DNA from: Candidatus Micrarchaeia archaeon
GTDB lineage: Archaea > Micrarchaeota > Micrarchaeia > Norongarragalinales > UBA8480
DNA length: 45,549 nucleotides
Reading direction: 5' to 3'
Assembly: GCA_039794045.1 (NCBI GenBank)
Contig: JBAMLY010000003.1
Location: 1-45,549 of the forward strand
A program made the translations under genes and the position numbers. Shown here in pieces: positions 17,051-24,711 of the stretch (its first letter is position 1; each line of letters opens with the position of its first letter). The notes under the pieces are model-generated. The model did no database searches, was not told the origin of the DNA, and saw nothing but the letters and a program-made list of their open reading frames with translations.

Positions 17051-17455
17051 ATGGGAATTTTTGACTTGTTTGGAAAAAAAGAAGTTTCACAAAATGAATC
17101 TTATTATTCTATTAAAACAGAATTGCATCCATTCCGTCTTTACGCCCACAAAAATGATTACGTTAACTTACAAATAACACTGAAAAACAATTTTCAGCGA
17201 GAACTATTAACTTCCCTTGTCTTAATAGTGCCGAGGGGGCTTGGCTTCGAGCAAAGCGCGCTCTCTACACAAAAAGAGATAAGGATTGGAATGTTTAAGG
17301 CAGGAGAAGAAAAAACTTTTAAGATACCTATTTGGGCCACTCAACGCACGGACGCAGGCGACTACAAAATAAAGATTTTCGCGATAGCGCACTACCACGA
17401 CTACGCTTATGTTTTGAATGAGTCAAGAAAAATAATTACTTTGAGAGTAGCTTAA
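17051..17455 (+). CDS. Hypothetical Ig-like beta-sandwich protein without signal peptide; N-terminal amphipathic MGIFDLFGKK
   Basis: Alternating beta pattern (VNLQITLKN, IGMFKAGEEKTFKIPI, GDYKIKI); GGTGG SD. Confidence 0.6.
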   Translation: MGIFDLFGKKEVSQNESYYSIKTELHPFRLYAHKNDYVNLQITLKNNFQRELLTSLVLIVPRGLGFEQSALSTQKEIRIGMFKAGEEKTFKIPIWATQRTDAGDYKIKIFAIAHYHDYAYVLNESRKIITLRVA

Positions 17456-17521
17456 TAAAATGATTTAAAAAGAGTCTTGTTTTATTCTATTAATCATGTT
17501 CTTGTAAGAAGGTGATTTTGA

Positions 17522-17842
17522 ATGACTATAAAAGTGTCTCAACTCATTGGAATGGATGTTTACACTGACAACGCGCAATTCGTCGGCAAAGTATACGACG
17601 TCATCATTGACTTACAGGAAGGAAAAGTAGTGCGCCTCACCCTCGAGCCAATACGTGCTTCAAGCAAAGAGGAAGCTAAAAGAATTTTCCGCGAGAAAAC
17701 AATTCTTTATAAGAACGTGAAAGCAGTAGAAAAAATAATAATTATTTCTTCAATGAGTACTCCCGAACCGGAGCCTGAACCAGAAGCTCCTGCTGCGCCG
17801 CAAAAACCATTGCCTTACTCTTATCGTTACAGGCGCCAGTAA
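17522..17842 (+). CDS. PRC-barrel domain protein (CdpB-like) with Pro/Glu-rich tail
   Basis: SQLIGMDVYTDNAQFVGKVYDVIID..VKAVEKIIII; AGGTGA SD. Confidence 0.88.
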   Translation: MTIKVSQLIGMDVYTDNAQFVGKVYDVIIDLQEGKVVRLTLEPIRASSKEEAKRIFREKTILYKNVKAVEKIIIISSMSTPEPEPEPEAPAAPQKPLPYSYRYRRQ

Positions 17843-17930
17843 ATTTAGTTTTTTAATTTTCTTTTTGTTTCAGCACTAGCACTGCTTCTTTTTAAACTTG
17901 TTTTTCCCAACTTCTTTTCAAGGTGAACTA

Positions 17931-18257
17931 ATGACTGACTATTTCTGCAACAATTGCAAGTATTCTTTCAGCGGCGAAGACACCCAAAACTGTCCCCGCT
18001 GCAGCAGCAAGAAAATAATCATTAAAAGAGAGGCGAAGCGCGGCGAGCAATCAAGCCAGTCAACACAGCAAAAATCATTCGTTTACAGAAACCCGTTAAT
18101 AGTGGGCGAGACTAAATCAAGTTGGGCTGCTTTTCACTCTAGCGAGCAAAGAGAGTGCTCTGAATGTCATGGCATGGAATTCGACATTGACTGGAAGCAC
18201 AGGCAAAAAATCTGCAAGAAGTGTGGCGCAATCTATGGAATGAAGCGCAATCACTAA
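17931..18257 (+). CDS. Double zinc-ribbon protein; C-terminal ribbon is TFB/TFIIB-type
   Basis: CNNC..CPRC and CSECHGMEFDIDWKHRQKICKKCG; AGGTGA SD. Confidence 0.75.
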   Translation: MTDYFCNNCKYSFSGEDTQNCPRCSSKKIIIKREAKRGEQSSQSTQQKSFVYRNPLIVGETKSSWAAFHSSEQRECSECHGMEFDIDWKHRQKICKKCGAIYGMKRNH

Positions 18258-18258
18258 A

Positions 18259-18915
18259 TTATTTTTTCCTGGCTTTCATTGCGCCGCGCGCCTTAACCGA
18301 GGCTATTGGCTTTACAGTCATTTTCGGCTTGACTATTATTTCAGGCTTAACTACTGCTTTAGGAAGGGATGGATTCTTTGATGTTTTTGCTGCGCCAACT
18401 CGCCCGCCATTTTTTGTGCCGCTCGTTTTAACAATTATTTTTTGTAGTTTCTTCTCCATTGAAGAAAGCTTTTTCAGCAACTCTTTCTTGGTGCGCTCGC
18501 TCGTTTTCTCGAAGTTCTTTAGTTCAACGTGTGCTTCTTTTGCCGCGGCTTCAGCGCGGGCCTTGGCTTCAAGCAACCTCTTTTTTTCATTGTCTGCTTC
18601 GCGTGCTATTCTTTCTACTTCTTGCCTCAGCCTTTGCTCTTCTTGTTTCCTCTCTGCTTCCTGGCGCTGCAACAACTTGTTTAAGTTCTTTATTTCATTG
18701 TCTTTGCTCTCGCGCAGCTTCAACAGCATTTCGTGCGCGGCGGCGAGCTTTGCTTTTTCTGCGATGGAACGCTTCTCCATCTCGTTCTTCGTGTTGCTTA
18801 TCTCTTCTTGCAAGCGCTGGCGTTCTTCTTGAATTATTTTTTTTGCTTCTTCTACTGCGCGCTCGAATTCTTCCCTTGAAACATATCCCCAGCTTTTAAT
18901 CAAGTTCTCGAACAT
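18259..18915 (-). CDS. Coiled-coil protein with Lys-rich basic C-terminal tail
   Basis: About 150 aa of E/K/R/A heptad-rich sequence followed by a K/V/P-rich tail. Confidence 0.7.
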   Translation of the reverse strand: MFENLIKSWGYVSREEFERAVEEAKKIIQEERQRLQEEISNTKNEMEKRSIAEKAKLAAAHEMLLKLRESKDNEIKNLNKLLQRQEAERKQEEQRLRQEVERIAREADNEKKRLLEAKARAEAAAKEAHVELKNFEKTSERTKKELLKKLSSMEKKLQKIIVKTSGTKNGGRVGAAKTSKNPSLPKAVVKPEIIVKPKMTVKPIASVKARGAMKARKK

Positions 18916-19139
18916 TAAAACCCCTCTCAAACCTAATTCATTCAAACAATAAAAAACATTCGGAGAGAAAATAGTTTAACCAAATATTTTCTTTAAGAAA
19001 TAAAAGAAACCCTTTTTTTCATTGGGCGTAGCTTCAGGCGAGCGCGCAAAAATTATTTTCCATCCATTCTCTTCTGGCGGAAGTGCTTCCTCGAAAGTTT
19101 TTTCTCTTACTTGAATGACGCGCGGCTTTTCCAATGAAA

Positions 19140-19613
19140 TCACTCGAACACGAGGCGCGGCCTTCCTGGCTTGGCTTTCGGCGCTTCAACTAAGCCATTG
19201 CGGACATAGTACTCTGCTGCGTCTAAGTTCAATGGGCTTGCAGGGTTTGGTTCACGCAACAGTCGTTCCAGCGCTTGCACTACATGGAGAACCGTCTGCG
19301 TTTCCGCCCACTCATTGACGAGTTGAATGCATACCCTACCGTCGCTTTCGCGGATGTTAGGGTGAAAAATTGGCGTCCTCCAAACCAAGTCCAAGCCGCC
19401 CGCGTAAGGGTACTCGCGCTTTAAAGTAATCATTACCTCGTGAGAGTCGCGGGGGACTACCACGTTGTTTTCTCTCACGAAGCCACGACCCTTCAAGAAC
19501 ACGTTGTAGCGCGTGTAGTCCTCGCTTGCCGTGAAACTAAAGTTGCTGGCGCGCATTTGCTCGTATTCTACGGTGAGACGCCTCCTCCAAATGTTTTCTG
19601 GAAGCCAAGGCAT
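19140..19613 (-). CDS. Ubiquitin-conjugating enzyme E2 (UBC fold)
   Basis: RRLTVEYEQM helix 1, EYPY, TPIFHPNI (HPN motif), GRVC (catalytic Cys), W after the Cys, EPNPASPLNLDAA. Confidence 0.93.
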   Translation of the reverse strand: MPWLPENIWRRRLTVEYEQMRASNFSFTASEDYTRYNVFLKGRGFVRENNVVVPRDSHEVMITLKREYPYAGGLDLVWRTPIFHPNIRESDGRVCIQLVNEWAETQTVLHVVQALERLLREPNPASPLNLDAAEYYVRNGLVEAPKAKPGRPRLVFE

Positions 19614-19628
19614 TCGCGTTCCCTCAAG

Positions 19629-19868
19629 TCACCCGCCAGTCGGGTCTGGCATGAGCAAGAGCTTGCTTCCCTCTGTTATTCCAGCTTCTCCCACAGTGAC
19701 TGCCGCGTCGAGAATCTTGTTGTCCTGGGTTGCGAGAACAAACCTGTCCTTCAATTGAAGGCTTTCAGCAATTACTTCCAGGATTGAGCCAATCGTGAAT
19801 TCTGGTTCGACTGCAATGACTAGTTCCTTGCCTGAAGTCGTGTGAGTTACGGTTATCTTAAACTCCAT
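19629..19868 (-). CDS. Ubiquitin-like modifier (beta-grasp) ending in a free Gly-Gly
   Basis: 79 aa; FKITV..GKELVIAVEPEFTIG..KILD..TVGEAGITEGSKLLL..PTGG-stop; 15 bp upstream of the E2 gene. Confidence 0.88.
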   Translation of the reverse strand: MEFKITVTHTTSGKELVIAVEPEFTIGSILEVIAESLQLKDRFVLATQDNKILDAAVTVGEAGITEGSKLLLMPDPTGG

Positions 19869-19925
19869 AAAACCACCTACCAAACAATTTTTAGGCGTGC
19901 CGCATTAAAAAACGTGGTGTAAAAA

Positions 19926-20363
19926 ATGGATTCAAGTCAAGGAAAGCCAAAAATATTGGAGGTACGCAGGCCTCCTCAATTGCCTCAGCCAACGCAGTTG
20001 CCAGAACCGCCTGCCCCCCCACAACAACTACCACCACAACCCCAGCAACCCCAGAACGCCGAGCCACCTGCCTTGGTTCCACCCCAACCAACTGCGAGCC
20101 GAGAAGAAAACCCGTTAGTCGCGCAAATGCGTGCAGAAGCAATGCGGGACATGGGCAGAACGCCACAGCAACAACCCGCGCCGCGTTCCCTTGAAGCCCC
20201 CGCCGCGCCACAGCCACCCAAGGAAAGCACTTCACTCACCCAAGAAGAACTCAGGGCGAGAATAGAGTCAGACCAAGCAAAGCGAAAGAAAAGCTTTTTC
20301 AGCTTTCTTTCCTCGCTGTTCAAGAAAAAACCAAAGCAAGAACGCGGCCTCCTAGAAGCTTGA
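19926..20363 (+). CDS. Pro/Gln-rich disordered protein with C-terminal amphipathic basic helix
   Basis: PPQLPQP..PEPPAPPQQ; KRKKSFFSFLSSLFKKK; stop overlaps the JAB start. Confidence 0.7.
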   Translation: MDSSQGKPKILEVRRPPQLPQPTQLPEPPAPPQQLPPQPQQPQNAEPPALVPPQPTASREENPLVAQMRAEAMRDMGRTPQQQPAPRSLEAPAAPQPPKESTSLTQEELRARIESDQAKRKKSFFSFLSSLFKKKPKQERGLLEA

Positions 20364-20845
20364 ATAAGGTGCAGAAATTGTACGCCGTCTACTTAAAACG
20401 CGAAGTCTTAGACAAGGCAGAAGACCACTTCAAGCTAAAGGCTGCCGCGAAGTTGGAGGCAATGGGATTGCTTACTGGAAGCGTTTATGCGTGCGACGGA
20501 AAAAACTTTGTGGTGGTAGACGATTATGTGACGGCTGAAAACGAGTCGAGCGCGGTTTCCGTTCGCTTCAGCCGTAACGCATTTCAAGACCTGGCGCTCC
20601 AAATAAGTTCCACGGCCGAGAACGCGTTAGTGGTTGGTTGGATGCACTCGCATCCAGGCTACGGCTGCTTCTTGTCTGCCACTGACTTGGAAACCCAGAA
20701 AAATTATTTCCCTGAAAAATTCAACGTTGCGGTGGTGGGCGACCCCCTCAAAAAGGAAAACGGGAGAATGTTGTTGCGTGCCTACCGCCTCGCAGGTGAC
20801 GGCTACGAAGAAGTTTCTTACGCAGTAATAGAAAAAAAGAGTTGA
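20360..20845 (+). CDS. JAB1/MPN/Mov34 metallo-isopeptidase (Rpn11-like JAMM)
   Basis: EAMGLLTG (catalytic Glu), VVGWMHSHPGYGCFLSATD (HxH-x7-S-x2-D), VVGDP. Confidence 0.95.
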   Translation: MNKVQKLYAVYLKREVLDKAEDHFKLKAAAKLEAMGLLTGSVYACDGKNFVVVDDYVTAENESSAVSVRFSRNAFQDLALQISSTAENALVVGWMHSHPGYGCFLSATDLETQKNYFPEKFNVAVVGDPLKKENGRMLLRAYRLAGDGYEEVSYAVIEKKS

Positions 20846-21624
20846 AGTGGTTGGTTGCGGCACTCAAACTAGAACGGTTTGACAAAAAGCTCTTGAAATT
20901 ACTCGAAGAAAAAGGGGAAAGCAACTGCGAAGAGCTATTCAAAGAGTTCAAGATAGCCCGCCAAGATTTTGACAAGAGGCTTCAAACCCTCGCTAAGAAC
21001 AAGCTTGTTTACGCTGCAGACGGCAAGGTCGTCCTCGGCATTAAGGGATTCAACGCCCTCGAGGCAAGAAAAAAACGCGAAAAAAAGAAGGAAAAGGAAA
21101 GCAGTGGCGGTCAAGAAAAACCGCAAGAAAAACAAGACTTGACACAGAAACCACTAACCACAGAAAAACCGTTGATCGAAACGAAAGTATTCGAAATTCC
21201 TGCTTACGCGCGCCCCAGCCAACAGCTTGTGCAGCCGCAATCGCAAGCAAAGCCAGGCACGCAAGAAGACGACGAGCGAATATCGCGAGAAGTAGAAGAA
21301 GCAGGAATAATGGTTGTTTCAAGCACGCCGCCCGCTCCGCAGTCAAAACAAGTTGAAGCGCAAATGGCGAAAATAAACGACGAGTGGAGGAAGGCAGACG
21401 AGCACTGCGAGTTGTGCAAGGCGCCATTCAAGTTATCCGCGAACAAGAACGACAACATGCCTTTGTATGGGCACTGCTTCTGCGGCGCAGCCTACCACAA
21501 AGACTGCTACGAGGCAATAACCGACAACGACGGCAAGTGCGTGCGTTGCGGGAGGATGCTAAAAAAAGTATTAGACAAGACCAGCGTAGACTTGTTAAAA
21601 GACCTCAAAAGCGCCTTCGACTAA
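20842..21624 (+). CDS. N-terminal wHTH, disordered linker and C-terminal C4HC3 RING-like finger (E3 ligase candidate)
   Basis: C-x2-C-x19-C-x-C-x4-H-x2-C-x10-C-x2-C (CELC..CFC..H..C..CVRC); N-terminal DKKLLKLLEEKG..FDKRLQTLAKNKLV wHTH pattern. Confidence 0.75.
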   Translation: MKWLVAALKLERFDKKLLKLLEEKGESNCEELFKEFKIARQDFDKRLQTLAKNKLVYAADGKVVLGIKGFNALEARKKREKKKEKESSGGQEKPQEKQDLTQKPLTTEKPLIETKVFEIPAYARPSQQLVQPQSQAKPGTQEDDERISREVEEAGIMVVSSTPPAPQSKQVEAQMAKINDEWRKADEHCELCKAPFKLSANKNDNMPLYGHCFCGAAYHKDCYEAITDNDGKCVRCGRMLKKVLDKTSVDLLKDLKSAFD

Positions 21625-21645
21625 CAACGAACTAATTTTTGGCGG

Positions 21646-22413
21646 TTAAGCGCTTAAAGTTGGGTGGGCTGGGCAGTCTTTGCGCTTCATTACTTCGTAT
21701 ACTTTGCTTTGCCCGCTTAACCCGTCAAAGAACAAGTACTTGCCTTCGAGGGATTTCAAGCCGTGGCAGATTTTCATGAACTCGTTTACTTGAATTGAGG
21801 CGATTATACTAGTAGTAGTCGCCAGCGCAGGCATTTTTGGGTCAATCCAGTCCACTACTTCTCCTACGCAGTTGTACTTGCGCCACAGGAAAGCGTAGTC
21901 TCTCTTCGACAAGCCGCACTCCAAGCACGAAGAAGGAGCGCGAACGACTTGAACTTTGCCCATAAAGCCCGTAGTGCCGCCGTCTATAAGCACCGCCTTG
22001 CCGTAAGAGTGGGCGTTGATGTGAATGCGAGCGCCTAAATTGTCCAAGCAACTGAACACGAAGTCAAATTTATTCCACGCGTCTTCAGGTAACTCTTCCA
22101 CATTACGCGCTATAGCCTTTATTTGCGCGTCCGCAGCTATTTTGCGGGCTTCCCGCGCTATTGCTTCAACCTTCAAAACCCTGTTCTTTGCGTCTTCCTC
22201 TGAAAAGAACAGGCAACGATTCAAGTTGGCTTTAACTACTGAATCGTAGTCAACTAAAGCAATTTTTTTGACTCCTATTTGGAGGAGTAGCTTTACAACT
22301 TCGTTTCCGAGCGCGCCAGCGCCAACCACCATTATCTTCTGTTGCTCGACTGCTTCTTGATTCCAGCCAGCAATTCTCTTCTGGCGGTCGAAGCGGTCGT
22401 CGTCTGCTTCCAT
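21646..22413 (-). CDS. Ubiquitin-activating E1-like enzyme (ThiF/UBA domain)
   Basis: RFDRQKRI.GWNQ, GAGALGNEVVK, DYDSVVKANLNR, CLDNLGAR, IDGGTTGFMG, CLEC, putative catalytic Cys in KYNC, CPAH. Confidence 0.92.
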   Translation of the reverse strand: MEADDDRFDRQKRIAGWNQEAVEQQKIMVVGAGALGNEVVKLLLQIGVKKIALVDYDSVVKANLNRCLFFSEEDAKNRVLKVEAIAREARKIAADAQIKAIARNVEELPEDAWNKFDFVFSCLDNLGARIHINAHSYGKAVLIDGGTTGFMGKVQVVRAPSSCLECGLSKRDYAFLWRKYNCVGEVVDWIDPKMPALATTTSIIASIQVNEFMKICHGLKSLEGKYLFFDGLSGQSKVYEVMKRKDCPAHPTLSA

Positions 22414-22448
22414 GAAGAAATTTATGCTTGACTGCTTTAAAGCTGTTT

Positions 22449-23285
22449 GTGGCGAAAATAGTTTACTCGAAAAAAGACGCGGCAGGCGGCAACATCGCGC
22501 GAATCCTGAAAGAAAAACGCGGTTTTTCGCCTCGCCCTCTATTGAAAGAAAACGGGGAAGAATTCCTCTGTTGGGGCAACTCCTTTCACTCCTTAATAGA
22601 AATCAACACCCCTCTATTAGAAGCAGATTGGCTGTCTCGCTTTCCGAAAACTTTTTCTTGCGAGCTCCTAGTCTTCGCTTCCAAACACGAGAGCGAGAAA
22701 AAACTTCCTTGCCTTACAGCGCATGCTACGGGCAACTTTGGCGAGCCAGAGAGCGCGGAAGGAAAAAACTTTGGCGGAACCACATCAACACTCTCAAAGA
22801 CGAGTGCGAACGCCTTGAGGGCAGCGCTAGACTTCTTGCGCGGCAACCCAGTGCCTGGCTTTGTAGTTTCGCGGGAGGCCACGCACCACGGCCCAACTAA
22901 CTTGTCTTGGCCGAGCTTGTTCGTAGAAGTTGGTTCTTCACCAACAGAGTGGCAGGACGAGCTAGCCTGCCGCGCAGTAGCAGACGCTGTACTTGCGAGT
23001 GCAAACCACTCTTTAGCGAGAAAGGCAGCAATTGGTTTCGGTGGCCCGCACTACTGCCCTGCCTTCAACGAATACGAAGCAGAAAACGGCGAGTTCGCCT
23101 TTTCGCACGTCTGCTCTAAGTACTCCCTCGAAAGCCTTAATGAAGCCCTCTTCAACCAAATGATTGAAAAAACAATAGAGCCAGTAGAATTTGCTTTCAT
23201 AGACTGCAAAGGCACCCGAAAAGCTTATAAAGACAAAATTTGCGAGTGGGCTGAAAGAAAAAACATTGAAATAGAAAAAATCTAA
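22449..23285 (+). CDS. dtdA: Archaeal D-aminoacyl-tRNA deacylase (DTD2)
   Basis: FASKHES..LTAHATGNF, EATHHGPT, FVEVGS..EW, GFGGPHY. Confidence 0.93.
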   Translation: MAKIVYSKKDAAGGNIARILKEKRGFSPRPLLKENGEEFLCWGNSFHSLIEINTPLLEADWLSRFPKTFSCELLVFASKHESEKKLPCLTAHATGNFGEPESAEGKNFGGTTSTLSKTSANALRAALDFLRGNPVPGFVVSREATHHGPTNLSWPSLFVEVGSSPTEWQDELACRAVADAVLASANHSLARKAAIGFGGPHYCPAFNEYEAENGEFAFSHVCSKYSLESLNEALFNQMIEKTIEPVEFAFIDCKGTRKAYKDKICEWAERKNIEIEKI

Positions 23286-23462
23286 AAACTACTCTAACAA
23301 GTCTTTTACAAGTCTCTTATTATTCTCTTGCACGTTAAACTTGTTCTCTTAAAAGCCTCTTTTACAAACCTTATTTTTAATACAAATATCTTACAAGACC
23401 CTTACTTCCAGAAAATGTTTTTATATGTCTTTTACGTTGGTTTTTGGTTTTGGTGGGTTTTA

Positions 23463-24665
23463 GTGAGCAATGTTTTTGAGGCAAAGGAAAAGCTTTTGCA
23501 GCAACTGGGCTGGAGCGAGAATCCTTTCGTTAAGGACTTGCGGGTCTTCGACAAAGACAGTTTCAAGAAGTATTATTGTCCTTTCGAGGCGCAAGACATA
23601 GTGGAGAGACTGGCTTTCGATGCTAAGGCTTGCTTGCTGCTTGGCCCAAAGGGCGTGGGCAAGACGTCGGCGTTGACTTTCGTTGCCTATTCTTTGCCTG
23701 AAAAAGAGTTTTCTTCTGTCATGTTCAAGGAGCCGCCCGCAACGCTTTCGGCGTTGTTGAAGGAAGCTGGCTTGTCTCCCTCCTCCGGTTTTCTGGGCGG
23801 CTTTCTTCCTTTTTTGCGCAAGAAGCACAAAGAGCCTTCGCGCGCAAAAGTAGCAGAGGCTTTCAAGTCATTGGAGAAGAAAGTTGTTTTGTTCGTGGAC
23901 GAGGCGCACTTGGAGCAAAACAAGGGAATGTATATGGAGTTCAAGTACTTGTTAGACGAAGTACCTAACCTGCGCATAGTTTTTTCTGCTCTCAGCAAAG
24001 AACCTTTCCCCGATTCCTTGCTTCAATTAATTGGAGAAAAAAACGTTTTTTCGCGTAACGGATTTTCAGCTCAAGAAATGCTGCGCATCATAGAACACAG
24101 GATTGCGGCTGTCGGCGGAAAGGGAACAGAGCCGTTTGACGCCGAATTTTTAGAGGGAGTCTTGACTGAACAAAACCTCTTGACTCCGCGTTACGTGTTT
24201 GACGAGCTCAACAACCGCCTCGCACAAATAGCTACTGGCAAGGTAGCGCCAGCGACGCCGAAAGAAGAGCCTTACGCTGAAGACGCGATAATCGCTTCCG
24301 CGATCGCGCGCTCCAAGCAAATGGCTGAAGAAGCAAGCGGAGCGGCTGGCGCTCAGGAAAAAATTACTACGGCGCACGCAGACTGGTGGGTAATGCTTTC
24401 GCCTTCCCAGCAAGCAGTGATGGAGCTGCTCGTTCGCAAGGATACTGGAATGACTTTGCATGAAATAATGACTGCGTTGTCAATGCAGCAGAACACTGCT
24501 TTCAATGCTTTGTATCAATTGAGGGGAGACGATGAAGCAGAGCGAAAAAGAAAGCCGGAAGTTCCTTTTCCTTTGGTTGAAGTCAAGCAGAAGCTCGTGG
24601 GAGGACGCAAGAGAAACATTTACTTCGTCAACCAGAAAATAAAGCAGTTGTTCACGCTTCACTGA
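23463..24665 (+). CDS. AAA+ ATPase (ExeA/Cdc6-like P-loop) with C-terminal wHTH
   Basis: LGWSENPF, Walker A GPKGVGKT, Walker B LFVDEAH, IIEHRI, TPRYV; C-terminal LSPSQQAVMELL..TLHEI..NTAFNALYQL. Confidence 0.8.
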   Translation: MSNVFEAKEKLLQQLGWSENPFVKDLRVFDKDSFKKYYCPFEAQDIVERLAFDAKACLLLGPKGVGKTSALTFVAYSLPEKEFSSVMFKEPPATLSALLKEAGLSPSSGFLGGFLPFLRKKHKEPSRAKVAEAFKSLEKKVVLFVDEAHLEQNKGMYMEFKYLLDEVPNLRIVFSALSKEPFPDSLLQLIGEKNVFSRNGFSAQEMLRIIEHRIAAVGGKGTEPFDAEFLEGVLTEQNLLTPRYVFDELNNRLAQIATGKVAPATPKEEPYAEDAIIASAIARSKQMAEEASGAAGAQEKITTAHADWWVMLSPSQQAVMELLVRKDTGMTLHEIMTALSMQQNTAFNALYQLRGDDEAERKRKPEVPFPLVEVKQKLVGGRKRNIYFVNQKIKQLFTLH

Positions 24666-24711
24666 AAGAGTTGGTTGTTTTGAAGTCTTTGAAACAAGTT
24701 TTTGATGAACT

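Noticed and set aside
16393..17500. Element integrated at tRNA-iMet
   Set aside because: AT-rich, but no integrase and no duplicated tRNA 3' end seen in the window
19140..19160. Proteasome-docking HbYX motif at the E2 C-terminus (LVFE)
   Set aside because: Three-residue resemblance with Phe instead of Tyr; too weak without conservation data
19140..22413. Mobile anti-phage island (CBASS/Bil-like E1-E2-JAB)
   Set aside because: No cyclase, effector, integrase or flanking repeats; separate E1, E2 and RING genes among housekeeping genes. A defensive role is not formally excluded
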